Part shown: in pieces, positions 33,380 to 47,109 of the stretch
Layout: the number at the start of each line of letters is the position of its first letter
Position numbering within the stretch: the first letter of the stretch is position 1
NCBI GenBank assembly: GCA_011109175.1
Contig: RDEW01000013.1
Span: forward strand, 910,181 to 974,180
DNA: 64,000 nucleotides
Origin: Dicyema japonicum
Taxonomy: Eukaryota > Animalia > Dicyemida
Direction: 5' to 3'
Program-made: the position numbers and the translations under genes
The notes under the pieces: model-generated
Database searches by the model: none
What the model was told of the DNA's origin: nothing
The model's input: the letters and a program-made list of their open reading frames with translations, nothing else

Positions 33380-35530
33380 GAAACAAAAACTAAATTTTTG
33401 AATTACTAAGTTTGTTGTGATTTGGCGGATCTCAGTTGAACGATGTGAAGTTTATCGATGTTTTTTCCCGCTAATTTTGTTCGCCAGGTAGACTGAGTGC
33501 TGACCGTCAAAGTTACCACAAGAATTTTGACTGTGCTCTTGCATGAGATTTCTTTTACAATCAGGACCAGTCCAATAGTTAGCCAATCAAAAACAATGTA
33601 GATGAGTTGTCTGTACTCGTGGTCATTGAATTATTGTTTAGTCATTCATTCTGGTGGTCGAGCATGCTACAATTTTTCGGTAGCTCTCAGCACGCTTTTC
33701 CTTTGTATGCTGAGATGACATCGTCCGTAAGAGAGAGATAATGTATTCGAGTCGGAATTGATTGGTAGATCATACAGAAAGATTAAACAGTGACGGTGAC
33801 AAGGGGATATTGCTATGCTTCTGTTACCACTCTTCGTCCTGTTAGAAAATTTGCGAGCCATCGTTTAAATTCCTTGGGGATTAGAGACCATAGATCTTTC
33901 GAATCAAGATTTTTCTGGGTATTGAGTCAAAAGCCTTGTGAATATCAATAGAGCAAATCAGAGTTTTGTGTCACTAGGCTTTGAGAAAGTGATTAGATGT
34001 CGACAACATCTTGGCTTGGGTACATTGGTCTGTGCCAAGGAGGAAACTCTTTTGGCTTCCCATGGAAGTGTGTTAATTTTCATGTTGTGGAAGTTGCTTC
34101 GATTGATCGAGAGATTATATAACTGAGTTAGAGCTATGAGGGCACAATTTCTTTACGAGAGTTGCTAGTATTCCATCTGGTCTAGTAAAGTAAATTTTTT
34201 CTGTGTTTTAATGGCATTTTAATCTTGTGGGTGAGAAAGTGATTAGGTTGAGACATCATCTTGGTTTCAGGCAAGACGGTCGAATGAGTTAGTAGAGGAC
34301 TGGGATGTCTTTTTGTGGATGTATTGTTTAATGGCCACATATGGTTTTACTAAAAGGTTTCACTGCATTATGTGAACTTTCTGCGCCTAAGACCGTGGGG
34401 ATGCTAAAGTAAGTCTGGTGAGGTAACATTGTCATTAGCTCTGTAAGGTGTTCTTGTATTTCTTCGGTAGTCAGTAATGATCATAGGTTTTCCTGTGATC
34501 AGAGTATAGACAGGTGCCGTAGTTTTTTTTAAACTAGTTTTTTTACTCCATTCTTCATTATTAAAATTCCAAGTATTCTAATGGGGATGAGAACTCGTTA
34601 TGGCAAGGGGTCGTCATGTGAAAAATTAAGACTCAATTACTTATCCTTCCACTCCGTTGACATTCAGTTAAATAATAGAGATAGATTTTGGTAGTCGGAT
34701 TAGGTTTGACCTCACAAGATATGATCAGTAATGTTTTCACCAGGTTAGGTTAATAGCAGCAACAAAAGAGTATTACTGTGAAGTTGTCCACTGTTGACTT
34801 TAGCAGAAACAGTGAACCACATGACCCCGCTAAATTACAATTAGTAAATTATTGTGATTTATTTATTTATTTTAATAACCCCGGAACACCGAGAAAGAAA
34901 GACAAAAGACTCAGACAGTTAGGTGATCCCAGTCCTCGCAATCAATTGAGCCATTCGACGTCTGTGATCTTCCATCGTCCCCACTACTTTCCGGAAGAGC
35001 CTTCTCTCGGTCTTGCAGAGGAATCCGATCTGGTGATAAATAATGAGAATTATAATTCATTAATTATTTATAAAATTATATTAAATATTTATTTATTTGA
35101 TTAAATTAATAAATTATTTTCAAAATAAAGTATAATTCTTTTGTGGTCACTACTTATGTTACAATTAACCACTTTTGATGTGTTCCAAGCAATCTGTTCT
35201 ACAAATCCAAACACCTGCCAACTCAAACCCCTTATAATAAAGATTGAGGAAATGATAAAAGAACGTTTACCTTATCTTTCCCTGGTAAACCGTGGTGTAG
35301 ACTTTCTGGGTGTTCCATTCCATAAAAATTGGAATTGATACTCGAAAATGTTGAGTCTGAGCATTTGAATTCAGTCAATGGTCGTCTGCTTATGCTTATG
35401 GTGTTCAGTCGGTCACTGGCTAGTGCTCATCCTAATAATGTTAATGATATTGTGAATGTGTTTGCATCTCATTTGATTGCAATGAGGAATATGTTAATAA
35501 TGTTGAGGTCAAAGGGGGTTGGCTTAGATT
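33380..35530 (-). mobile_element. Degraded Ingi/Vingi-like LINE fragments, including a 3' end at 34860-35030
   Basis: 34860-35030 is the reverse complement of the 45835-45980 end. APE-like SSHPH (SDH) and RT-like remnants lie nearby. Confidence 0.5.
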
Positions 35531-36693
35531 TCTAAAAAAGGTGCAGGACCTTGTACTGAAAATAAATCAATGTTCTCATATTATATGAGGTGGCTTGGTC
35601 TGTATTTAGAATTTAATTTTATTTTAATAAAATTTTTATTATGTTTTGATTTTGTTAAAGGATTTTATTAAGTTTGCTATTTTTAATTAAGTGTCTTTGT
35701 GACGTCATAGATTGCGGTTTTACCGTAACTCCGGTTTTATCGATTTTTACAATTCATGATATGAATCTAGAATACAAGCCAAGTCCTAAAAATAATGATT
35801 TCTGGTTTATCATGCATTTAGGAAGGTGATCTGAGCTTGCTTTGATATGATGCCAAAAAGTCTCACTTCAGTGAGGTTGAAAAAGAAGTTTTCTATCCGT
35901 TTTTGAAGAGCACTATTTTGAAAACGTATTTATTCGAGATGTAAGTAATCATTTTCAATAATTCAAAGACCCACATAAAAAACTCGAGACCCTTGCCTTA
36001 GACGACCCAGGAATTCCAGGTTCGAAGACACAAGGGAACGCCGGATGTTTGCACCCCCGATTTTTATCTTACTATATAGTCGACAAGATTGTTATCAGAT
36101 TGTTTGTTGAGAAGGTGAACTTATCAACCTTACAGTATCAACGACTCGGGTTCTGACGACATTACTACTAACCTCGAATATATAAAAGTTGAGAATTTAT
36201 TGGTGGCTAATTAAGGCATATTCAGTTTCCAAGTTGGACGTGAAAACCCATTTAATCCAAGCATCACGTCCCTTTATACCGGCATTGTGTGAACCCCTCC
36301 ACTGTAATAGGGGAGGAAAAGATATTTATAACTTCTGTGACAACCGCAACTGACGCCTCTTAGGATTTGATTAAGGCATGAGTATGTTTTCGTCTCAAAC
36401 AAAATAGATCCACTGGATTTCTAGTGGTCAATATATTTCAAGAATATGGTGGATCCAATAACGCCTCTGTGAATTGAAGATGGCAAAGAGCAGAAATTCA
36501 TCAATCAAGTAGGCAGCGGTAGGAGAATCAAACCCACTGCTAAAGATAACCTGTAAATTACGAGCGATGAAATTACCTGAACCATTGCTAAATGCAACGA
36601 GAGCAATGCACTCAGCAGATCAATCTAACCAAAAAACAGCAAGCAGAGTACGCATGAGCCGATTGAGTTTTTTTGCCTACCCATACTAACAAG

Positions 36694-37985
36694 TTAGTTA
36701 AGAGCTCTTTCGCGTGGCCCTAAAAGGGGTTCGCTTGAGCCATGTTTTGCAGCCATCCTCCTCGCCCACGCCATCTTGTTCCTGACCCTCATTCGAACAT
36801 CATCCAGATCGTCCGGTGTCATCAATTTACGACTGTTTTGTTTGTAGTCATCTTTTAAGCAGGTTGGAAGTGTGTTTCTTGGTCTGCCTCGAAATCCGCG
36901 ACTTCTGGCGTAGTAGAAATATTCTTCCATTATTCTGTTACTTGGCGTAGTCGGGTCCAGTCTGAGGATATGTCCAAATAGTCGCCATCTCGATAAAATA
37001 ACATCGGTGCTGAGTGGTCTGGATTTACATCGTGAATATAGATTTTCATTTGAGATTTTTCTCGGCCAAAAAATTCCAATCAACATGCGGAGTTGGCTCC
37101 TGTGAAAAGTATCTAGCTTCTCTAAATCAATTTTAGAACATGCCCATGTTCCAGTATTGTATAGCAAAATTGGTTTAACAAACGTGTCGTATAGTCTGAC
37201 ACGAAGTTTCTGTGATACATCTTTTTTCCTTATCCAAATTAGGTACATTTTTTGAAATATATGGTAGCCAGCATTTTCCTTCGACAAATATCCTCAGCAT
37301 CACCTAGCAGTGAGCCGAGTTTTTTGGTATGTCTCCAGCACTCATCGTTCTTTGATTCTGCTCGTTCGACTCGTGTATATTCAGTTTTTTTAATGTTTAT
37401 GCGCAAATCCCAATTCTTAAAAATACGTTCGGCTTGAAGTAAAATTTGGTCAAGTATTTCTTGGTCGGTAGACACAAAGTCTACATCATCCGGATAAATT
37501 AACTCTGTTATGTCCCAGTATTTAGGACCCATGACATTTCTCAATTCCTTGAGCGCAGCTTCGAGGTAAACAATAAATATAATTGGGGACAAAGAATCTC
37601 CTTGTGGAGTGCCCATGTTGGTACTGAAACACTTCGAATGCTTTGTTCCTATTCTCACGGATAGGTCAGTTTCGGAAAGTAATAAACTTATTAGTCTCAG
37701 GCAGTCCTCGTCAAGCAGTTCCTTTAGAACAATCATGAGTTTTTCTCTATTGATGCTGTTAAAAGCCTTCGTTAGATCAATTCCTAGGATGTAGATTACT
37801 TTCGTGTATTTTTGACATATTGATGTGAGCCATCGATGACTCCATACAATATCTGAGGTTGATCTTCCACTTCTAGACCCACTTTGACTTAGGGAAAGGT
37901 ATTTTTCCACTGGCTCTCGTATACGGTTAAGCACTATGATCGATAAGGTTTTCCTGCATCCTTTGATATTGGAACGGACAAACAA
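36694..37985 (-). mobile_element. 5'-truncated RTE-like LINE, RT domain, one frameshift
   Basis: ORFs 37239-37985 and 36694-37287: GIDLTKAFNSINR, GTPQGDSLSP, YPDDVD, KKLGSLLGD, RWRLFGHILR, FRGRPR. Confidence 0.92.
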
Positions 37986-38435
37986 ATCGATGTCCTCCTG
38001 TAAGAGGTCCTCTAAATATCATTTTAACGACATTGATACAAGAAAGCGGGGATAATTACTGCTATCGCTATTTATGACCACGTGGCCCACTTCAAGAACG
38101 GTGAAAATTTAATGTATCCTGCAAAGTATCACAAATATAAACACTTGTGAGTTGCAAGCAAGAGTTAATGTTGCATACATCAGATTGTCCACTACATATG
38201 TAACGAACATGCCATATATGCATGAATGTAGACTAATATAATCAGATTTGAAAACCTTGATTAATTACATCAACAATCAAAGCGGATAGAACATCAACTC
38301 AGAAAATTCTTATAGCCCACTAAAACACCCACGTTTAATACCATTAATTATTTAAATATTTAAATATTTTTTATCAAAAACAACTAACAATTTTTATTAA
38401 TGGTTTTATTAATGAAAATGGTCAATAATGGAAGT

Positions 38436-39460
38436 TGGATGAATTGTCGGTTAGGATAATCAGACTACTACTTGCGAATACAAGACTATCTTTGAGGACA
38501 GAAGGAGCAACTTCCCACAATTTCAAAACAACGATTGGGACACCCCAGGGTGATTCCCTCTCCCCTTTACTATTCACCATATACCTTGAATCTGCACTCC
38601 GCGACCTCCGTAAATTCTATATAGGAGACATAGAAGAGACATCTTATGCGGATGATGTGGATTTCGTATCACGGGACGTGACCGCACTCTAACACCTACT
38701 AGAAAATGCACCTGCGGAGCTTGAGAAATGGTTTCTCAGCGTAAATGTAAACAAAACTGAAATTACGGAAATCAAAAGAGAAGACGATATTACTCATGAA
38801 AGATGGAGACGTACTAATAAGCTCGGCTCTCTACTAGGAGACGCTGAAGATGTACTAAGGAGGAAAACACTGGCAAATGCGGCAATGGCTAAACTGAAGA
38901 AAGGATGGCTAAGAGCCAAAGGACTTGGAATTGACATCAGATGCAGGCTTTACAACGCGTTTGTGAAACCGATCCTACTGTACAACGCTGGGACATGGGG
39001 AAGTTCCTTCAACGAACTATTGAAACTGGATTCGTTCCATAGAAGGCAACTAAGAAGCTTACTCGGAATGGAGTGGCCACGTAGAATATCAACCACTGGT
39101 ATCTACAACAAGTGTATGTGTTCGTACATCAGCAAGGATGTGATAGATGCCCGGTGGAGGCTATTTGGGCATGTACTAAGAATGAACCCGGACGCACCCG
39201 CTAACAAAGCGATGGAAGATTACTTTGACAGTTGCGACAAACCCTTCCGCGGACGACCTAGATCGACACTTCCGACTGCCTTAAACAAAGACTTAAATCG
39301 TGTGAGAAAAAATCTAAAGACGGGGGACGACCTGGACGAATTGAGATCACTCGCATTCGACAGAGGAAGATGGAAAAGACTAACTATAAATATTGTTTCT
39401 TTGAGTGTTGCACATGCGGGGCTATAATCATTATGGCTTTCGTGAAAGTGCCTTAATAAT
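38436..39460 (+). mobile_element. 5'-truncated RTE-like LINE with (TAA)n tail and 12-bp TSD
   Basis: GTPQGDSLSP, YADDVD, RWRLFGHVLR; in-frame stops. AATAATGGAAGT flanks both ends (38424-38435 and 39461-39472). Confidence 0.92.
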
Positions 39461-40159
39461 AATAATGGAAGTAGGTCTGCCCTCTTCTATTTTCGCCGCA
39501 CGTCTTACCGTCGCGGAAATCACTTCATTCTTCTGCGGAATATTTTTCATAATGTAATTTTCACTAGATGATTTGGTCAGGGAGATAGAAGCGGAACCCT
39601 GTAATGTACTATTGGAAGATGGATTTTGTCAGCACAAGCAGATGTTCTCCCTTGGGTTCCTTTCTTGGATTAATTAGTTATGACTGTTTGTTCTAGGTTT
39701 ACTAAAGATTGTATGCCTGGGCTGTTACTTTCAAAAGATTGAGAGTTGTCTCAGAGAGAAACAAGAGAGAAATAAGACTTAGAGCACCTTGCTCGTCTCA
39801 GAGAGAGATAAGACTTAGAGTGACCTTGCTCTTGAAGTATAAGAGGATGACGTTGTTATTAGTCTCGGGTTGCACATGCCTTTTCATAGCGAAAGTCCAT
39901 TAATAATAAGTCAAGCCATATTTTATGGTCTGGCACTTCCCACACCGGTTCCACGCACACGTGTAATCCAATTCCTATATTCAAATTTATTTATTTAACT
40001 CCAAGACCACCAAGAAAGATAGGTCAAAACTAACTGATTAGGTGATCCCAGCCTCCAACAACATCCGAACTTTTCTTCGCCTGGTCTTCTAATGACCCAA
40101 CTGCATTCCGGAAGCGCCTTCTCTTCCACGTGCAAATGAATTCAATCGGCGTGCACTTT

Positions 40160-41985
40160 TTTTATAACCGACCGAAATTACTCTCGGGTCCAACCTCAGG
40201 ACGTATCCAAAAAGTCTCCAACGAGAGCTAATGATCTCGTGACTTAATGGTGTACAGTCACACTTATTGTACAGTCCATTCCAGTTATGCTTCTTAGATG
40301 ATTCCTGTGAAACGAGTCTAGCTTCTCCAATTCCTCTTTTAAGGTGACCCAGGTCCCAGAGTTGTATAGTAGGATTGGTTTGATAAAGGTGTCGTATAAC
40401 ATTATCCTTTGTTTTACGTTATTCCTTTTCCGTTTTAGCCATAGGTCTTTCAGCCCGTGTAATGCCGCGTTTACCATAGTTTTTCTCCGTATGATATCTT
40501 CAATATCTCCTAATTGGGAGCCAAATTTCTTTGTATGTCTACATTTCTCTTCGAGTAGGTTATTCATTCGTCCTATTTCTGTCCGTTCTGTTTTTTTCTG
40601 TTCACGGTGAGAAACCCTTTCCCAATTATATCTGGTGCTTTTTCTAGTATATGTTCCAGGAGTTTTTTGTCTTCAGAGATTAGGTCGACATCATCAGCAT
40701 AAATCACTTCTTCTATTTTTTCATTGGTATAATGGTCTCAGTTCCCTCATAGCGGCCTCCAAGTATATTGTGAATAGTAACGGAGAGAGGGAGTCTCCTT
40801 GAGGAGTGCCTGTGTTTGTTTCAAATTTTCTTGAGTAGGTTTTTCCAACTCTCACAAGGAGTTCTGTTTTAAATATAAGAATTTGGAACATTCTTAGACT
40901 CGATTCGTCAATAAACCCTTCCAGCACTGTCATCAATTTGTTCCTGTTAACTTTTGATAGATCTATTCCCCAGAATTTGGGTGACATTGCAATATCTTTG
41001 ATGTGTTGCACATCTTCATCTGTGACTCCAGACTGCATCAGCTGTTGATTTCCCTTCTCTGAACCCACTTTGACTTCGGGTAGTCATAGGCGGGTCCTTT
41101 TATTCGTTCCAATACAATGTTAGCTAAGACTTTTTGCAGAGAATTTGTTTCCGTTGCGTGTCCATTTCGTGTATTCTCATTATTATTGTTTGTAGTGTTG
41201 TTATGTTTCTTATGTTTGATACCATGTTTCAATAGCCATTCTGTGATCGCTGACAGTTGTTGAACCTTCGTATGAGCGTGCGTTTTTAAGAGAGCGTTTG
41301 TCATTGATCCGGCATATAATGTAATCAATTTGGTTGTATATAGGGACTAGTTTTCCATCTGGGTTTCTTCGTTCGCCCTTCCAAGTGGTTATGTGGCATG
41401 CACGATGAGAGAATGCGGTGTTGCACAAGAACAGTTTGTTTGCCGTGCAGAAATGGCCAAGTATGGTCCCAGGCAAGTTTCTTTTCCCACGTCCGTGTCT
41501 TCCCATGAAGGTATCTTTTGAGTTTTTTTTGTTCCGATTTTCGCATTCAGATCGCAGCAATGAATATAAGTGAGGACGACTCGTATTCATTATACGTTTT
41601 TGATAATGCTGAGTAAAATTCATCCAGCTCAGCCGGGTTTTTTGCAACTCTTCCACAGTGTGGCGCATATACATTTATAATTGTTAGTGTATTTTTAGGG
41701 GAACACTGGTTGTTCAGATAGATCTGTATTACGCAGATCCTGTCATTCACCCGCCAAGTGCGACTGATGTCGGCTGATAGTTTTCTGTTAATGGCGAATC
41801 CGAGACCATAGTGTTTTGAGTCACTGGGTAGACATATTAGTCGATATTTTCCATGGTTTTCATCGAGATAGTACGTAATTTTCGTCTCTTGTATACAGCC
41901 AATGGTAACGTTATATCTTTCTAGGTCATCACAGAGTATTTCTTGACTGAGGCTTAGATATTCCTCTAGCATTGAAGGTAAGAAG
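40160..41985 (-). mobile_element. Degraded RTE-like LINE with APE endonuclease and RT, internally deleted
   Basis: GCIQETK, YGLGFA, INVYAP, YNQIDYI, SDH, GTPQGDSLSP, YADDVD across several frames. Confidence 0.9.
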
Positions 41986-42162
41986 CTTTAGGGCATGCAT
42001 ATTCTTTTTATCTTCTGCTTTCTAGACATTTTCCTTAAAGTTAATGCATGAAAATTTACTTTGAAAATAAACCAGCACAAGGTGACACAATTAAATATTT
42101 ATTAAATATTAAATTTATAATGTATTTTTTTCTAAAATATTTAATAATAAAATTTCCGATAA

Positions 42163-42956
42163 TCACATAATAATAATTATTATTATTAATACTATTATTA
42201 TTATTATTATTATAATCACAGTAAATATTATTTTTGTAATGAGAAGTACAATATTCGCATAAAATCTATCTTCTGAATAATTCATTTCAATTCGATTATC
42301 TGTTAAATGCGTATTTTCTAAAGCTGGCTTACGAACTGCTCCAAAAATAGACTTTCCACATTCTTTCGCTGAAAATTATTATAATAATTACCATTCCCAA
42401 CAAAATCCCTGACTGTATCAGTTCTGAAAAACTGAGCTCTAAAATACGATATTTCCACAAAGACATCTTCCGGGAAGTAAACGAACAGTTTGTCACATTT
42501 ATAGTAGTCATCGATTTCTGATGTCATGCTTACTTCCACACAAGTTTGTATTTTGTCAGACTAAATATGCATTTATAGTACATATTGTTATCTAAAGCTG
42601 ATAAATTTCAAACTTTCTTCCATCGGATCTGGCGGTGACCCCAAAATCGACTAGTCCGCTATCCATGATGATTTGAAGGGGATTCGAATTAATATACTCT
42701 TTTTTAATTCTCACGTTTTTGAATAAATTCGATTGGAGCTGATTTTATAAATTATTTACTTTATCATCCTCCTTCCAGAAAACAGTGATATTCCCACTGA
42801 TAGCCACGTGAGTTGTTTCTTGGTGATAGATGATCCAGGTTGGTGCTGGTTTAGTATGGTATTTAAATGAAAAGTAATAACGAGGAATTTGAGTATTTAT
42901 AGTAATTATGTTGATAACTAAGATGAATTATTGAAAATACAAATTATGTGTATCAT
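42163..42956 (-). pseudogene. LAMP-like (lysosome-associated membrane glycoprotein fold) membrane-protein gene, apparently disrupted
   Basis: ATG at 42956 and tiny GT-AG introns. Spliced product contains YYKCDKLFVYFPEDVFVEISYFRAQFF...FVGN|AKECG, resembling the LAMP C-terminal Y-x-C...Q-x-F...A-x-E-C motif, then a hydrophobic Ile-rich end. There is an in-frame TAG near 42592 and one splice-phase mismatch. Confidence 0.5.
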
Positions 42957-43049
42957 GTATGTTGAAATTGTTTATGCAAATTATTTTATTTAATAAAGAT
43001 TTTTTATATTTAATACAATATTATTTAAAAATTTATTTAAATAAATAAA

Positions 43050-45980
43050 AAACCCTTTCAATCTTTTTGGTTCTCCCCACCGTCCGGTGTCCTTTCATCT
43101 CCTGTGTCTTCGACCCTGTCTGGTGTCCCCATTTATCCAGACTTTTGATTCTTCTATGTGGAGACGTCGAAACCAATCCTGGTCCATGGATAGGTTTTAC
43201 AATTATACAACTGAATACGAATGGGGTCAGGAAGTAAATCTTTGAACTCCGGGCACTTCTCCGCGAAAATGAGGCTGACCTCGCTTTAATACAGGAGTCC
43301 AAGCTATCTCCCTCCATACCAACACCCTCTTTTCCCGGATACACAGTGATCCGTAAAGATCGTCAGGGAAAACGCGGAGGAGGACTACTTACTATTATAA
43401 AGAACGATTTTCTTTTATGGATACAACTCAACAAACCTCAGAGCTTCTTGGCTCCGACAAGACTTTGGAGCAGATTACTGTCAAAATGGAGTTATTCCCG
43501 TTCTTTTGGATCCATTTAGCTAATTTATATATTCCTCCACAAGGATCGTGTCCGTCATCTTACACCCCTGATTTATCACGCATTTCAACGTTGAAAAATC
43601 TACTGTTATGTGGGGATCTTAATGCACGACATCCAGTTTGGCTCACTTCCCAATTATTTGATAACCGAGGAGAACTCATTGCAAATTATCTTCCTGACCT
43701 GATTATACTGAACAACCCTAACTCACATACGAGAACCCCATTAAGGATGACTGATAGCTGCACATCCCCCGACTTAACACTATGCTCACCTTCTCTGGCT
43801 GGACTCATTTCCTGGAACGTCTTTTACGGCTTCTCCAGTGACCACAATCCAATCCTTCTAAAATTGAGAGGTCTTCGACGATACAGGAGACGGCGGCGAA
43901 ATCAAAAAGATTCAAGGATTATACGAAGGTTGACTGGTCTGGTTTCAGTAACCTTGTGGATAAATTCTTGGCCGGAGATTATCCTCCCAATACGCTCTAT
44001 TGACGAGGCCGCAGAAATTATCAGCGCTGCCATTCAGAAAGCTGACCATATTTTTATTCCTATATCGTCATACAAGAAGTTTATTCCTACCCTCAGCTCT
44101 TATACAATAAGTCTTATAAAACAAAGAGACCGGCTGAAGAGATGCCATCTGTTGGACATGAAGTCTTTGACAGCCCTCAGACAACTGAATAAAAGATCTG
44201 TCAGAGCATAAAAGAACACAAGGACAAGAGATGGCAGCATCTAGTTAACCACCTCGACAGGAAAAGTACATCCCGACATCTTCTGGAAAACTCTTAAACA
44301 AGTCAAGTCGGAGCTGGATGATGCAGACGGAACCGGAAAGTCTTCTCCTGAACACTTATGCCACCTACATCCTAACATCCTTATGAAACATTACGCTGGA
44401 ATTAGCTTCAAACCATTCTCGAAACACCTGGACATTAAGGTGCGTGCCCATAAACCGAAGAAGGAACCTTATCACGAACTATTCACAGATGACCAAGTCT
44501 TGGATGTGATCACCAGATTAAAGAGCTCACGGGCGTGCGGGCCTGACAAAGTATCTTCTATTCACCTAAAACACCTAAGCCACTACGCAATTGGCTACCT
44601 CACGCATATATACAATCTGTCCATTAACTATAATATTATTCCTAAGATTTGGAAGAATTCTATCATCAGACCGATATTGAAGGCTGGGAAACCAGAGACA
44701 GAACCTGCATCCTACAGGCCTATTTCCGTTACCAGCACACTGTCAAAAATTATGGAGAAACTTGTATTATCAGTCATTATTCCGTATCTTCCGCGTCCTA
44801 TATTTCAACATGGTTTCCTCCGCGGTAGGTCCACCGCTACATACTTGGCAACTTTATCGCAGTTCATTGCCGACGGTTTTAACACCCATCCTCCGCCTCA
44901 CAAACGCACAATCTTGGTTTCTATTGACATCAACAAAGCCTTTGACACTGTTTCGAGGAAAATCTTGGTTGGAAAAATATTTTCTACTAATATTCGTCCG
45001 AATGTGAAATTATGGCTGGCCAACTTTTTGTCTGGAAGACGTGGAAGAGTAGTCAGTGGTGATCTCAGATCTAGATCACGATTACTACCGAACGGGGTAC
45101 CCCAGGGGTCTCCACTTTCACCAATTCTATTCAACCTTTTCCTACACGACCTACCTAATGATGGAGACGAAGATTCCCTGTTATTATCCTACGCAGACGA
45201 CGTAGTCATTGCAATACGGAACCGCTCGACGCAAGTCGCATCCCTTAAAACTCAGACAAAATTGAACATTCTCCACGATTGGATTGTGGCAATCGACTTA
45301 ACGATTTCTGCAACCAAGTCTATCTGTTCCACATTCACGTCGGACCGTCGTTCCAAGGATGAACCGAGTCTTTATTGGTCCCACTAGGATTCCAGTGACA
45401 AAGTCCCCCATTGTCCTTGGAGTCAAGTACGACAGCCTTCTCAAATTCAACTCCCACGCAACAGACATGATCACCAGGGGCCTCCAGAAAGTTAACGTTA
45501 TACGCGCCCTTGTTCGGAGGACCACGAGGAACATGGACTTTTCCGTTTCTACACCTACCAACAAACAATCGCGCCTGCCATTGAGTATGCCTCCGTTGCA
45601 TGGAGATTCGGGCTATCGGAGTCTTTGGTCCAAAGAATCAACTCGATATACCGGAAAACAATCAGTATGCTTTCCCACGTAATGGATCAACAGTCGACTC
45701 ACTACTCATGGAAGCTAAGATCCGTAGTCGTGGCTCCGGATTTTTTGGCGTCTGTGAGGAAGATGGAAATCCGCTTCGCCTGATCCTTTCCATGGCAAGA
45801 GAAAACCGATTGGATAAGAAATTCCCCTCCCCGATCGGATTCCTCTGCAAGACCGAGAGAAGGCTCTTCCGGAAAGTAATGGGGACGATGGAGATCACAG
45901 ACGTCGAATGGCACAATGATTGCAAGGACTGGGATCACCTAACTGTATGACTCTTTTGTCTTTCTTTCTCGGTGTTCCAA
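43050..45980 (+). mobile_element. Near full-length Ingi/Vingi-like LINE (2A-like peptide, APE endonuclease, RT; no ORF1 seen), frameshifted
   Basis: LLILLCGDVETNPGP, IIQLNTNG, LIQESKL, LLCGDLNARH, SSDHNPI, SYRPIS, QHGFL, DINKAFDTV, GVPQGSPLSP, YADD in ORFs 43417-44211 and 44383-45387. Confidence 0.9.
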
Positions 45981-47109
45981 AAAAATCTTTTTTGTGTGAC
46001 TGTCTCTATCATGCAATTTCAGACTTTCCAAATGAGCGATTTCAAACTGATCTCATAGATCTAAAAGGTATTTTTCATTTTACTTTTTAAATTTAAAATT
46101 TTTAATAATTCATACTCTTGGTTACTCACAGTAATTTTCGTTCGGCGCATGGGTGAGCTCTTGCATTTCCTTGCGTGTCACATAATAAAAAGGAAATCAT
46201 TCGACAGAGGTTACATAAAATGTTCAGAAGAACATCGAATAATCGAACACATCATTAAAGACCAGGCATTTCCGATTCCCAACAAGCATAACAAATTTCG
46301 ACTCATTGAAAGATTAAAAAAATTTCCATATCACACAATACAGCTGAAGATAATATACTGTACTCAAATGTAATCTTGTATTGCACGTTCTACATGTCGT
46401 CTTGGTACGTAAAAACATGGTATGATGCCCTGATGAATATTTAAGCAAAAACATAACCAATTGTGATTCTTCTAGACAAAAACATATCGATATGATAATT
46501 TCCAAAAAATATATGCGTGGGAATATTAACAAAATAATGAGTATTTAAAGACACATGTAAAAATGGAGAATATTTTTCTTGATGGAAATTTTTGATCGCA
46601 AAAGAAAGCACTATTCCAAAGAGATATAGACGATTTGGAAGTTAACTCAACACTTGTAACAGACTCTTGGATATTGAATAAAAAAATCTTCAAAAAATCG
46701 ATATATCCGCTATTGTGGAAGACGTAGAGCAACACTGCCAATAGTTTTACAAAAAGACCTTGTTAATGTTAAAGAAAAAAAAACTGACGACGACCTTGAC
46801 ACTATGAGAGCCATTGCTAAGAACAGGGGGTAGCATGGAAAAGGATGACATCTAACATTGTTTCTTTTGCTACACATGCTCTCGTGAAGTGATAATAATA
46901 ATAAAATTGATAAAAATCTTAAAAATATCAATATATTGAAAAAATCAAATTTTCATTAAAATAAATATTTTACAAAAAAGCTGAAAAATTGATAAATTTG
47001 TTTAACTAAATACGAAAAAAATCAAATAGTAAAGAAATATCCAAATTTATTGGTTACCAAAACATATATATTAAACATCTTGATTACTAATCTTTTGTGA
47101 AAAGCGATA

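Noticed and set aside
35755-35970. Possible spliced host gene fragment (…EVEKEVFYPFLKSTILKTYLFE|gtaagt)
   Set aside because: It has an in-frame stop, no continuation and no recognisable family; too weak to call.
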